Part shown: positions 50,171-63,178 of the stretch, piece after piece
How the letters are laid out: every line of letters begins with the position of its first letter
Numbering within the stretch: the stretch's first letter is position 1
Origin: Podarcis pityusensis
Taxonomy: Eukaryota
Direction: 5' to 3' (one strand)
Length of the DNA stretch: 64,000 nt
NCBI GenBank assembly: GCA_964106645.2
Contig: OZ067044.1
Notes under the pieces: generated by a model
Told to the model about the DNA's origin: nothing
The model's input: only the letters and a program-made list of their open reading frames with translations
The model's database searches: none
Translations under genes and position numbers: made by a program

Positions 50171-50839
50171 ATATTAACTCTCTTCTAGACCCATTCCTTG
50201 CTTATAATTTTAGGAATGTATACTTTGCATAGGTTTTGTGAATGCAAATTGGTTGAAATCATATTTGAGAGAACTTATTAAAAGCAATGGATCATTTCGC
50301 TCTTACTGGAATGTGTCCTTTTTGCTCCAGTACAGCTCACCACAACTCATTGTGATGGGTAACATGGATGAGCGCTGTGAGCAAGATATTTTGAAAGTTA
50401 TTGATTATCCGCTATGAAAATGTCAATAAATAAACTGCCCATGGACTCTGCATGTGTTGGAGTCAGAATATTAACGAGGGCAAGATAAAGGTGCAGCTTG
50501 ATCTATAGACAGGAAAAATTAATTTTTGTTGTACAGACAACACTACACAAAAACTGATGGAAAGGGTAGAGGTCTTCTTCTTTGTCTGTCCTCTATTATT
50601 CACACAGGGTACAAATATATTGCCATGCCGGTCAACTTGCATTTTGTTTCTGTTCCTTCTCTTCCCATTAAGTTATAGACCTTTTAAGGCTAGCTATACA
50701 TTGAAGATGGTGGTGATGCTGATAATGTAACATGAACATATGACTGGACTTGCCAACAACCCTTGGGGTTTCGTGCGCATACTCACTGAGCGCCTGCAAA
50801 ATCCCATGAGGTTTTTCAGATGCTTGCAGGACATGGTGA

Positions 50840-51873
50840 TAGAATGCAAGAAGAGCCCTCCTAGATCAGGTCAAAGACCCATCTTGTCCACTATTCTCTT
50901 CTCATAGTGACCAAACATGTGCATATGAGAAGCCCATAAGCAGGACCTGAATGCGCCAGTGCTGTCACCATTGGGAATCCCAGCAAAGCCATTTCCCGTT
51001 CCTGGGGAGATGTCATTGAGGGCTGGGAGCAAGCCCTCCCCATGCATGCAGGGCGGGATCACTCCCATGCCATTGAATGGTCCTCGGCCACGTCACCCTT
51101 AGGCCGTCCAATTCGGACGGTCTAGGGGCATGGCGCAGGCTATTTAAACTGCCCGTGGCCGAGGACTCACCCCTGGTTTTCTCCCTGCTTGGCCGCTTCT
51201 CCCTCCCTCCCCCCCTTAGGTTAGGCTCTTTTATTTCTTGACCTTGCTATGGACCTCGGTTGGTTGCCTTGGTTGTCCAAGGCGCCTGGTAGGAATTTTT
51301 CCACTTGTCAAATTGGCACCGGCCATTTGGTTTTTTCGCCTACCTCGTAGCAAATCGTCACAACTTTGTAAGGTTTGGTGGTTAGGCACTGGAGTATTAG
51401 GTTGAAGGGGAGGCGAGGTAGTGGCCATCACCTACCCCTCCTAATTCAAGGGTATTCCATTAAAGAAATCTGGGGAGCGTGGGCCATGGCACGACCCCTA
51501 GCGGTGACCCTGGGGGAGTCCCTAGTTGATGTGCATCAGCAGGGCTCCCCCTACTGGTGGTTAACCCTTCCAAGACTCCTGCAGATGGGCTGGATACAGT
51601 CGTGTGGTTTCCAATGCCTAAGCCAATACCACTCACATTCTGTAACCAATAAAGTTGTGCTCTTTTTTGCCCATTAACCAAAAATACTGTTTCATGTGTC
51701 TTTATTCCACTTCCCAGGAGGGTTTGGGACCTTGCCACGCAACTGGTATTCAGAGACATACTGCCTCCAGGAGAACATCGTCATTGTGACTAGTAGACAC
51801 TATGGTAGCCTTATCCTCCAGGAATTTGCCTAATGCTTTTTTAAAGCCAGTCAGGTTGGTGGTCGCCACTACT
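50840..51873 (-). mobile_element. Old CR1-clade 3' end, split by an LTR-like insert (parts 50840-50986 and 51743-51873)
   Basis: 'aagaagagccctcctagatcagg..cccagcaa' joins 'ctggtattcagagacatactgcc..tagccttatcctcc..ttaaagcca'. Same family as 29258-29520. Confidence 0.65.
50987..51742 (+). mobile_element. LTR-like insert without TG..CA ends (possible Ngaro/DIRS-type solo repeat)
   Basis: GC- and CpG-richer than its flanks. TATTTAAA at 51141, AATAAAG at 51648, and GCAA at both junctions. The family assignment is inference. Confidence 0.6.
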
Positions 51874-52192
51874 GGTGTTTGTGAGCCCTGTTCCCCCTTC
51901 ACAGTTAAAGGGGGCAGAAGGTAGTGCAGCTCCCATTTTTGCTACTTCCTTCCCCAAGGATGACAACCAAGTATTATCGGGGGAAAGTGGGAATACAGCA
52001 ACCACAAGAAGTTCCAGAAAGTGTCCAGTGGGTGCCAAAGGCTGCAAAGAGTGTCTATTCCCCACTCATGAGACGCACGACCATAGAGAGACCTGCGGAG
52101 AGGAATGAGGAGGGCCTGCTGGGGCAAGACACTGTGCCACCCCTCTAGGACTTGTACTTTAACATTCAAACAGAGATTTTTTTTTCCTGGTC

Positions 52193-52320
52193 CAGTGATG
52201 AGAAAACTATGGCCCTCCAGACTGCAGCTCCCCTCATCCCCTACCACTGGCCATTCCTGCTAGGGTTGATGGGAGCTGGAGTCCACCAACATTTGCAGGG
52301 CCACAGGATTCCCACCCCTG
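52193..52320. mobile_element. hAT MITE (URR1-like), old
   Basis: CAGTGATGAGAAA ... TTCCCACCCCTG. Degenerate TSD TCCTGGTC/GCCTAGTC. Confidence 0.7.
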
Positions 52321-53105
52321 GCCTAGTCTGTGGTGCAGGGTGGCCACTTAGGCATCACCAAAGAAGAAGGCACAGATTGGCATATATGCTGCATATGGCA
52401 ACTGATATGTTTGGATGGAAGTTTGAAGTATTTACTGTGATTTAAACAGAAATATATCTCACTATAGTGGAGTAGACTGTGACCATGTGGCCTGTCCAGC
52501 TCCTAAATGTTGGCAGGCAACTTCATGTCCTCTGCGTGCCTTTCTTAGGGCTCACTGTCTTTAAAGCAGACTTGGAACGAACAGTCCTCCAGACAGAGGA
52601 CGCCTTCGGACAGAGAATTGTCCTCCGGCAGCGCTTTTGATAGAGCACTGTCCTCTGTGATGTAGGACTCCCTACGGTAGTAGCCTATGCATGACAACCC
52701 ATTCACACATGCCAGCTATCTCCAGATTCTGTATTCAGGTAAACATGCATGTGTGAACTTGCCATACGCTTGCCATTCCAACATTGCAAAGGCACAGAAC
52801 TTCAGCTATTCAGGAACACTTGCGTTATCTGGCTGGCTAGACAGAGAGCAGCTCTTTCCCCATCCAATAAACTTCATGATTAGCTGATACCCTACAATGC
52901 ACATGCCTCCAACCTAGCATTCCTTTAACACAGATAGCACATTGCCTCCCGTATGCCAAATAGCTGCTGGATTCTGGGCTGCTCTGCAAGACAAGATTCC
53001 AATCATAATGCCACAGCATGACTCGTAGCATGAGATTTTGCAGAGCTTTCACACAACAGCAATCTTGCCACGAGCTATCTCCCACCCATCAGTTTTGCAA
53101 TCCTG

Positions 53106-53106
53106 G

Positions 53107-53150
<44 letters not shown>
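53106..53150. repeat. (GTT)n microsatellite
   Basis: Directly visible. Confidence 0.97.
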
Positions 53151-53153
<3 letters not shown>

Positions 53154-54250
53154 AAAGCCTCCACACGCTGTTGTTTCCCTTCTGCTTTTTTAGTTTTGTG
53201 TTGTTGTTGTTTTCCCCCTTTCCCCTGCCAGCAGTGCCTTTTGTATATTAGCAGCTATTAATCCCACTGCATCAGGCCGCTTAATTGGGTTCTGCCAGCC
53301 CTGATTCCCAACCTCTCTTCTCCTGCCCTCCCTTTCTCCTGCCCTCCTTTCTCCCCATGACGTTTATAGGGATGTACCAAATCCATGGCCTTTCTGCATT
53401 TGAATGGAGAAGATAAAAGCTACTGCTTCAGGTTTGGTTAATTGGAAAGGGCTTGTGATTTTGAACTAAGGGGCAAGCCTAATCAGGGATAAGGAGGGGA
53501 ACAGTGGGGAGAGGGGGATTCTTTTCTTTATGTAAAATGTGGACCTCCCCACAGTAATTCCTCCTCAGCTGCTGCCTCACAGATGGACCTTTTAATTGAA
53601 TTTTCTTACAGGCCTGAGGGAGGGAGTTCAGTTCAGGTCAGGTGAGACAACTGAAGTGAATCTAATGGCTGTAGTTTCTTTTCAGCCAGGAGGTGGGGGG
53701 CGGGTGTGAGTTGGGGGGGGGAGTGTGTTGTTTTGTTTGGCCCCTTTCTATTGTGCTGAAAAAAATCAATTAAAATAAAAATAAACACACACAAGTGCAG
53801 TGATTTCTAAGCGTCCATGTTGTCCTCCTTTCCTGCATAAGGGACATTAAGGTCATTTGATGGAGGGATACTAATCGGTTTGCATGTTCCCTGCTGCTGG
53901 TCTTCCTGGACACAAGCAAGGGTGCGAGATATGTACATTCATCAACATCGAGCTGTGAACAAATCTGGACATTGGGTGATGATACAGCTAGGAAGCTTCT
54001 CAAGCTGAGGCTGTGCAGGGATTGTCAAGGTTTTAAGGCTTGTGGGGCTATTTGGATTTATGAGTGAGTGTTATGGGTATCACCTGTTCACTTTCCCCAC
54101 CCAGAGAGAGAGAGAGAGAGAGCATGCATATACACCCACTTTGCTTTCCCAAGGGATCTAGGTAAAAGCTGACTCTGGAAGAATTGATCTGAGCCTTGGA
54201 AGTGACCATATTAGCAACAAAGATGACTAAGGGCCAGTTCACACGTAGAC

Positions 54251-54320
54251 TCATAGAATCATATAATTGTAGAGTTTGAAAGGACGCCGAGGGTCATCTA
54301 GTCCAACCCCCTGCAATGCA
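54251..54320 (-). mobile_element. CR1-type 3' tail fragment
   Basis: TCATAGAATCATA..GTAGAGTT..CATCTAGTCCAACCCCCTGCAATGCA. Confidence 0.75.
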
Positions 54321-54780
54321 CTGGTTTCTCATCTCTTGATTGTTCAAGCCTAGTTGGCTCACAGCTGAACTTGTGAACTGACTTCATTGAAAAACACTGA
54401 AATGGAGCCAATTTGGATGGCTCTCACCATTTGCCCAATTGACTATTTAATTTTAGGTGACACATTGGCAAATGCCACAGGAAGGAAAAGCAGTTTTGCA
54501 GAATCATGTTCTAAAGAAGTGAATTTAAATTCTCTACAGATTTAATCCTGTCAAGGCACTGTGACCTCCTTTCTAGGTGAAGGCAGAGCCCCATTTTGAC
54601 AATGTTTTCTACATGTAGATTTAATCCAAAAAACAAGAGTAGCACAATAACTTTATTGCAACCAACTGAATTATCATAAAACTGTGAGCATTTCCCCCCA
54701 GTTCCCAACCCCTCCGCATTAGGCAGGATGTAAATAAAAGAAAAAGAAAAGGGAGGGGGAGAGAGGATGCAGGGTTTCAT

Positions 54781-57284
54781 GAGAGCATTTGGGTCAAAAT
54801 TAAGGGAGAGAAGAATAACAGTGACCTCATTGTGGGAGTTTACTATAGATCCCCAAGCCAAACGGAGGACATAGATGATGCCTTCCTGGAACAGATGGCC
54901 AAGCATGCAAAAGGAAGGGAGATAGTAGTAATGGGGGACTTCAATTACCCGGATATTTGCTGGATGTCAAACTCAGCCAAGAGCATAAGGTCAAACAGAT
55001 TCCTCACTGGCCTTGCAGACAACTTCATTGTCCAGAAAGTGGGAGAAGCAACAAGAGGAACAGCCATTTTAGATCTGGTCCTAAGCAATGTTGATGACCT
55101 GGTTAGCGGGGTAGAAGTGGAAGGATCATTAGGCGCGAGTGATCATGCTCTTCTGAAGTTTACTATACAGCGGAAAGGAGCAGCCAAGCATACTAGGACT
55201 CAATTTCTTGACTTTAAGAAAGCCGACTTCATAAAACTTAGGGAAGTGCTGGGTGAGATCCCATGGACAGTAATACTAAAAGGAAAGGGAGTTCATGATG
55301 GCTGGGAGTTTGTTAAGAGGGAGATAGTAAAAGCACAACGTCAGGCAATACCAATGAGACGGAAACATGGAAGGTGCCTAAAGAAGCCAGGGTGGCTATC
55401 TAAAGAACTTTTAACTGAGTTAAGATTAAAAAAGGATGTGTACAAAAAATGGAAAAGGGGGGAAACCACCAAAGAGGAATTCAAACAAATAGCCAGCACG
55501 TGTAGACACAAAGTCAGAAAAGCTAAAGAACAGAATGAACTCAGGCTTGCTAGAGAGGTTAAAAGCAACAAAAAAGGCTTTTATGGGTATGTTCGTAGCA
55601 AAAGGAAGAACAAAGAAACAGTGGGGTCACTCAGAGGAGAAGATGGTGAAATGCAAACAGGGGACACAGAAAGGGCTGAACTCCTCAATGCCTTCTTTGC
55701 CTCAGTCTTCTCCGATAAAGAAAACAATGCCCGACCTGAAGAATTTGAAGCAAATGATTCAGCAAAGGAAACACAGCCCAGAATAACTAAGGAGATAGTA
55801 CAAGAATACTTGGCTAGTTTAGATGTATTCAAGTCTCCAGGGCCAGATGAACTGCATCCAAGAGTATTAAAAGAACTGGCAGATGTGATCTCAGAACCAC
55901 TGGGAGTCATCTTTGAGAATTCCTGGAGAACAGGCGAGTCCCTGCAGACTGGAGGAGGGCAAATGTTGTCCCTATTTTCAAAAAGGGGAAAAGAGAGGAC
56001 CCAAATAATTACCGCCCAGTCAGTCTGACATCAATACCAGGGAAGATTCTGGAGCAGATCATTAAGCAAACAGTCTGTGAGCACCTAGAAAGGAATGCTG
56101 TGATCACCAATAGTCAGCATGGATTTCTGAAAAATAAGTCATGTCAGACTAACCTGATCTCGTTTTTTGACAGAATTACAAGCCTGGTAGATGAAGGGAA
56201 CGCAGTGGATGTAGCCTACCTTGATTTCAGCAAGGCATTCGACAAGGTGCCCCATGATATTCTTGTAAAGAAGCTGGTAAAATGTGGTCTTGACTATGCT
56301 ACCACTCAGTGGATTTGTAACTGGCTGACTGACCGAACCCAAAGGGTGCTCATCAATGGTTCCTCTTCATCCTGCAGAAGAGTGACTAGTGGGGTGCCAC
56401 AGGGTTCTGTCTTGGGCCCGGTCTTATTCAACATCTTTATCAACGACTTGGATGATGGACTCAAGGGCATCCTGATCAAATTTGCAGATGACACCAAACT
56501 GGGAGGGGTGGCTAACACCCCAGAGGACAGGATCACACTTCAAAACAACCTTGACAGATTAGAGAACTGGGCAAAAACAAACAAGATGAATTTTAACAGG
56601 GAGAAATGTAAAGTATTGCACTTGGGCAAACAAAATGAGAGGCACAAATACAAGATGGGGGACACCTGGCTTGAGAGCAGTACATGTGAAAAGGATCTAG
56701 GAGTCTTGGTTGACTACAAACTTGACATGAGCCAACAGTGTGACGCGGCAGCTAAAAAAGCCAATGCAATTCTGGGCTGCATCAATAGGAGTATAGCATC
56801 TAGATCAAGGGAAGTAATAGTGCCACTGTATTCTGCTCTGGTCAGACCTCACCTGGAGTACTGTGTCCAGTTCTGGGCACCACAGTTCAAGAAGGACACT
56901 GACAAACTGGAACGTGTCCAGAGGAGGGCAACTAAAATGGTCAAAGGCCTGGAAACGATGCCTTATGAGGAACGGCTAAGGGAGCTGGGCATGTTTAGCC
57001 TGGAGAAGAGGAGGTTAAGGGGTGATATGATAGCCATGTTCAAATATAAAAAAGGATGTCACAAAGAGGAGGGAGAAAGGTTGTTTTCTGCTGCTCCAGA
57101 GAAGCGGACACGGAGCAATGGATCCAAACTACAAGAAAGAAGATTCCACCTAAACATTAGGAAGAACTTCCTGACAGTAAGAGCTGTTTGACAGTGGAAT
57201 TTGCTGCCAAGGAGTGTGGTGGAGTCTCCTTCTTTGGAGGTCTTTAAGCAGAGGCTTGACAACCATATGTCAGGAGTGCTCTGA
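54781..57284 (+). pseudogene. CR1 ORF2 (endonuclease-RT) with a 1-nt deletion near 55937 and a premature TGA at 57189
   Basis: Restoring one base gives [35 protein letters not shown], joining ORFs 54832 and 56100. The TGA is CGA (Arg) in the 12.8-kb copy. Confidence 0.92.
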
Positions 57285-57364
57285 TGGTGTTTCCTGCTTG
57301 GCAGGGGGTTGGACTCGATGGCCCTTGTGGTCTCTTCCAACTCTATGATTCTATGATTCTATGA
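54781..57364 (+). mobile_element. Young CR1 LINE, 5'-truncated (2.6 kb)
   Basis: APE endonuclease C-terminal half (GVYYRSP, MGDFNYPDI, LDLVL, SDH), RT ([33 protein letters not shown]) and (ATTCTATG)n tail. Confidence 0.98.
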
Positions 57365-57474
57365 TGGAAAAGCCTAGACTGTGGTTTGTAATGCTCTTAA
57401 AACAAAATAGAGAAGGTGCTTTGAGGATTTAGCTCAGAATGTGTCTCGTGCAAAACGTTTTAGGGTAACAGCAG

Positions 57475-57570
57475 TGCATTTTGGATTGCCAGTTTGTTTC
57501 CAAGCCAAATTAGTGTTCAAAGTCCTAAATGACTTAGGCCCCAGATATCTGAAAGATTTTCTTCATCCCT
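57475..57570 (+). mobile_element. Old L2 ORF2 fragment
   Basis: Degenerate HW-LPVCFQA..FKVLNDLGPRYLKD, similar to the start of 60166-60604. Confidence 0.55.
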
Positions 57571-57779
57571 ACAGACCAAAGACAGTCAACATGGTGCCCT
57601 CCAAGTGATATAGACTGCAATTCCCATCACTCCTGTCCATTGGCCATGCTGGATGTAGTCCAAAACACTTTGATGGCACCATGCTACAGACCCTCACTGT
57701 GAGCCTGGCCTCCCTCACCTATACCACATAATAGGCAGGGTGTCTGTCTTAGCTCTTCCTTCAAGCAGAAACAGATGAA

Positions 57780-58050
57780 ACATCCCCAACATACAGCTGT
57801 TTAGTATCTGCTTGAAGACCTCTGGCAGAGACGAAGCCACCACCCCTCTAGATAATCGGTCCCATTGTCTAAGTGCTCTTACCATCAATAGCAATTAGAG
57901 GCCTCTCTTAATGTTCATTCAAACTCTAGTCTCCTGTAATTGAAGCCCATTAGATACAGTCCTGCCCTGTGTTGCAGAAGAAATCAAGCATTTGCCCTAT
58001 TTTATGTGAACCCTTGCGGTATTTGAACAGTGCTATCATGGTGACCCTCA
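57780..58050 (-). mobile_element. Old CR1 ORF2 3' fragment
   Basis: 'ctgcttgaagacctct..ccaccac..gctcttacc..ctaatgttc..tttatgtga..gctatcat' is collinear with 12950-13190. Confidence 0.7.
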
Positions 58051-58145
58051 GTTCCTTTTGCCCGCACTTCCTTTAAAAAGTGGAGTCACATTGAGAAGGC
58101 AATCCAGTAGTAGCGGGTTGGTGACATCACTGCTATTCTACTCAA

Positions 58146-58717
58146 TGTGCTGGGCCCAGGGGTAGCCCAAGCCACGCGGTCCAGGTCCAGTTCCGAATCC
58201 AAGGGGTCCACAAGCAGTCAGTCCAGCAGGGCCAAGGCAGGAAACCAAGCAAGGTTAGGCACAGGATCTCAGGCAGGTTCTGGCAAACAGCAATGTTGCT
58301 CCTGCAACCTGGGGCAGGGTCCGTCAGCCTTTTCTCTTTGTCGGGGTAACGGCCAGTCCTGATCCCCCAGTGACTCATCTCCCTGTCTTGCCCGAAGGCA
58401 AGCACTCCTCCTGCGAGTACTCAGGTCTCTCCTTCTCTCAGACCTTAGTCTCTGCAGCTCGAGAGATGTCGGCTGCCTCAGCCTCTCCTGACCCAACTGG
58501 TAGTGGAGCAGCTGTCAGTGATTGCCCAGCTGAAGGCAATGAGGTAATCCCCATATCTGGAGCCAGGGCAGGCTCAGGCCCAGCTGGTGCTTGTTGCAGG
58601 AGAACCTGTGCAGAATCAGGCCCCAGACTTGGTTCAGACACTGCCTGAGGCGAAAGATCCAGCACGGACTGAGATTCCTCTGGTTCTGAGTCTGAGCCCA
58701 AGTCCCAGCCCATCACA
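58146..58717 (-). mobile_element. Solo LTR-like element, 572 bp
   Basis: TGTGCTGGGC ... GCCCATCACA inverted termini and GC-rich body. The TSD is only partial (CTCAA/GCCAA). Confidence 0.65.
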
Positions 58718-60165
58718 GCCAATCATACACCATCAGCTCTCCCCTGGCCTTGATCCTAGGGAGAATTGTATCCATGTTTACAAATGGTGATACGTACCCT
58801 GCTAAGCAGCCTAACCAACCAGAGCCACATACCTTCCGCCACTAATTTATGATGGATACTTCCAAATCTTAGGTTGAAAAACCCACCATGACTCTTTTTT
58901 TGGTTCATCAAACACATTCAGTTTCCAGGCGTATTTTCAACTTGCCAGAACACCAGTAAGCAATACTACCAAAATAGTTTTGTGGGCAGAGTTGTACACC
59001 TGTGGAGACAACCTTTTAATTGGTTTTATCTGCTTCAGTGAAAGGGCTGCAGAGGATGCTCTTTAGCTCTCCTTTTATGACTGCCGCCTTTGTTCGCCCA
59101 CTTTTTAAAGATCCAGATAGAAACAAACAAAGGTAACAAGCCGTTGGCCTCCTGCTGTGAGCCCAAAGAACAGGCTGCCTGGAGGGTCTGGCGTCAGATG
59201 CATCCAGTCATCCATGGCAAGGAGACTGATGGGCAGATGCTGCCCTGTGGAAGGAGGGGCAAAGGGTATCTGAACTGAAAATTTCGTCAGAGAGATATTC
59301 TGTTTGAGAACAGAAACATATATTCCATGCCATACTCTTTCAAAGCACGAGAAATAAATAACTGGAGAAATCTGAAGACACACTTCTATGAAACTGGTGA
59401 AGACAATGCTCAGCATTCTAAGTTCTTATTAGGTAAAGAAAACTGTTATTTTTTTCTCTTTTGTTGATTTCAAGATGCTGCCTTTGAGTATCATCAAAAC
59501 ATGCAATAGCAAGCCCAGGTTCTGATCCAAAATTGCATAGAGTAGACCCACTAAAATCAATGTGACTTACGTTAGTCATGAGTCCTACTGGTTTCCATGG
59601 ATCTACTGTAACCATAACTAAGTCAAGATCCAACCCAACAGGAATATGAATTATGTACTTGAGTGCAATTCTGGAGCGAATATTCCACATTTTAATTTTT
59701 GTATTCTTAGAAAATGTTTATTTAAAAAACAAACAAAAAAGATACCCTCTAGTGCCACTGCGTGGGTCAGAAAAAAATGCTTACCAGCTTTCACTTACAT
59801 GACAGGAGTGATAATAAAGCAGGATTACATGTCATCCATGAAAAAACTGTATTTATGTGTCATTGTAATCCATTCATTGGTTTATGGATCAAGAGTCCCA
59901 GAGGGAGTGTCAGAAATCCCAACAATGTCTCCAAGCACTGATTTTGCATTTGGAATGCTGCTGTAGTTGACAGATGTGCAAAATCCCTTTGCATCACGGC
60001 AGCTCCCCTGAAACCAGACAGCGGAGGCTGTAAAACAGCAACTTTTCCACAGCTAAGTTAAGAGACAGATATACTACTGTCACATCCCCATTCTGCAACA
60101 ATATGCTGCTCAGCAACAATGTTTTCGAGTGGTTTTCAGTTAGCAATCATCGTACCTCGGATTAA

Positions 60166-60604
60166 CTTCATTGGCTACAATGGTTTCCGGGCACAATTCA
60201 AAGTGTTGGTGCTAACCTTTGGAGCCCTAAACGGCCTCGGCCCAGTATACCTGAAGGAGCGTCTCCACTCCCATTGTTCAGCCCGGACACTGAGGTCCAG
60301 CGTCGAGGGCCTTCTGGCGGTTCCCTCACTGTGAGAAGTGAGGTTACAGGGAACCAGGCAGAGGACCTTTTTGGTAGTGGCGCCCACCCTGTGGAACGCC
60401 CCCCCCCCATCAGATATCAAGGAAATAAACAGCTACCTGACTTTTAGAAAACATCTGAAGGCAGCCCTGTTTAGGGAAGTTTTTAATGTTCGATGTTTTA
60501 TCGTGTTTTTAATATTCTATTGGGAGCCTCCCAGGTTGGCTGGGAAAACCCAGCCAGATGGGCGGGGTGTAAATAATAAATTAATAGTATTGTTGTTGTT
60601 GTTA
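60166..60604 (+). mobile_element. L2 LINE 3' end
   Basis: Encodes FRAQFKVLVLTF.ALNGLGPVYLKERL and F.VVAPTLWNA.P.DIKEI..YLTFRKHLKAALFREVF. Tail CAGATGGGCGGGGTGTAAATAATAAA plus (TTG)n. Confidence 0.92.
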
Positions 60605-61706
60605 CTGTGCAGCATATACTGAATATGCTGTCTTAGTACCTGTGGCAAACCTTCCCATAAATGGAGGCCAAGTCAGTATAATACTGAAGGAAGTGACGAG
60701 GTTACGATTTGGTTGCCTCACCATACCAGGCAAGGTGCAGAGACTCATGTCATGTGGAGGGATGCCCCAGTTATTTTCACACCTGAAGCCCTGCATTCCA
60801 CTCATCATGGAATTCAGCACCCAAGGCCCCCGCACAGTGATGTCATACCTGTACGTGTGGAAGAGCTTGTACGCAGACCCCTCCCATACAAGAAAATAGG
60901 ATTCTGCCCTAAGACTCTACACAACGTTTGGATTCTCCAGGATTATAAAAGCAACCTTTCACTTTAACATACTTTGTGAGATGTTTTGAAAATTTATTCC
61001 ATGAAAGAGAGACCTAGGTTCAATTGCTTACCTGGCCATGACATTCAGTGAGTGACTCTGGGGTTTCTTAGCTTTGATTTTATTACATGGTTCTTGGGAA
61101 GATGTAGTGGGATAACTTCCAACTCTACAATTCTATGATCTCTATTAACTTTTTGGAGGAAGGGCAGGATACAAGCGAGATAAATGAACAAACAGCATCT
61201 AGTGATTTGATGGCATCTAATCTTATGACACTTAAATATTTATTGATTTTGAAAGTTATGCCCCACTTTTCTCGATGTGTTTTAAGTATTTTAGGATTCT
61301 ATATATTGTAAGCCACTTTGAGTTTAAGTGGCTTACAATATATAAAATCATAAAATACTCAAAACAAATCAAATGCTTAAACAAAACGGATGTTTTTAAA
61401 AATGAGAGCTGAGATTCTCACGATTCCAAGAATAAGTTATGGGCTGCCAAATAACTTAATATGTGTATATCCCTGGACAGTCCCTGGATTTCTAGTGAAC
61501 ACTAAATCTTCCACTTTGGGATGATAGCCTTCCAAATTGTATGACAAATAGTAATTCCAATTGCCAGCCAAGTTTCAACCATGCAGTCTTCTTCAGTGGC
61601 ATAAATGTTGCAAATAGAGACTTCTTAGGAGAAATCCTCCTCTCCTCAAACATTCAAAATCTGAGTAAAAGAGGTCTAGCTGCAATTACAAATGGTCATG
61701 TGCAAG

Positions 61707-62090
61707 TAGGGATGACTGAGGAGCTTGATTTCTATGATGGCCAAGGCAGGCGGGCTTGATCTGTACCTCCTGAACTGATGTGCAAACTGGAACATAATTA
61801 TCCTTTGAATTCTGCACTTCTCTGAATATTATGATATAGGTCTCACCTCAAAAAAACTACCAACAGGCATTAAAATGTGTGTTTTAGGATAAGATGTGTT
61901 TATAAATGCGTATGTTGAGATAAAACACATTTCTAAACTCAATTTTTAATAAAGTGGGTGTCCAAATAGAAATTTTCAAGCAGACTTCTTTTTTAAAAAA
62001 ATGCAGATTGATGCAGAAATAGGACAGATTTATGAATGGACACATACAAATAATTGACACAGACCAGAAACAGACTGATCTGTCTATCAG
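61707..62090. mobile_element. Old TAGGGATG-family MITE (opposite orientation)
   Basis: Starts TAGGGATG and has reverse-complement similarity to 9132-9531. Confidence 0.5.
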
Positions 62091-63042
62091 ATTACAGATC
62101 AAACAAGTGGTTTTTCTTATGCCTCATAGTAGGTATGTGCGGCCTTTACGCTGTTGTGTCATTTTTTTAGAAGGATAATGCACACAAATATACACAATCT
62201 TTGGATGGCAAATTCTACTCATAGCTAAGAAGATTGCTTAGAAGAGTGGTGTGGAATGGAGCCTTGATGCCATTTCCCTCAGCTCTGCAGAAGGTGAACA
62301 TTGTCACAATCTCACAACTGTTCATGACCTTTGCAGAATAATCTGCTGTTTTTATGTCCCCCTCCTGGGGTTTGAAGTTTTCATGTTGGCCTTGTCAAGT
62401 ATGTTCAGCCAATAAAAGCTTATCCGTTTACTTTCTTTGTGTTTCTTTTCCTACCCTGGCTTCCTAGAAGTTAAAAGTACGTATCATAAAACAAAGCTGA
62501 CACAATTGACATCTTAAAATGTTTTTTCCTTAAGCCAGAAAAAGTTCTCTTTACTCACCACACCTGTACTGAGACTCTAGGCATACATGTTAATAATTTT
62601 AATGGCTGAAACCACACAATCAATGGGGAGGGGTTTCAAGGGGTGGGCTTTTCAGTATTGTTTCAACACATTCACTTTTAATTCTTTGACATGTAAGAAC
62701 AATGGAACATTGTACACAACCGGCACAATGAGCAGGAGGCCAAATGGCCCCACAGGCCGGGTATTTAAGCTTCCCCTGGGTGTGGTGCCAAGTGCTGCTA
62801 CTGGCCAGTTGGCACTGCGTCCAGCGGAACTCCCTCTAAATTCCTGCCGCCACTGGCCACTTTGGTAGCAGGAAGACGATCCAGCCTGCTAGATGTCAGT
62901 TCACAGGAAGGACCTGGGGCCCACCCGCAAACCGCACGCCCGAGGAAGGCAAACGGACTTGTTAAAAGTCCTCTTCCAAAGAGCAGGAATGCAGTGCTAA
63001 AGAAAAATGGTGGGAATTCGCCATGGATTGAAAATGAATGAC

Positions 63043-63178
63043 ATACCCGCCAACATTTCTCTGATCAAAATAGGGACGTCCTTAGAAAAAGCGGGACACT
63101 CCTGATGAAATCAGAAACCAAGACAGCCTTTGTAAATCTGAGACTGTCACTGGGAAATAAGGACACTTGGAGCGTCTG
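63043..63178. mobile_element. Old hAT-like MITE
   Basis: CATACCCGCCAAC ... CTTGGAGCGTCTG imperfect TIRs and repeated GGGAC motifs. Confidence 0.45.

Noticed and set aside
59105-59416. 103-aa minus-strand ORF starting MLSIVF
   Set aside because: No recognisable domain or convincing splice context; length is compatible with chance.
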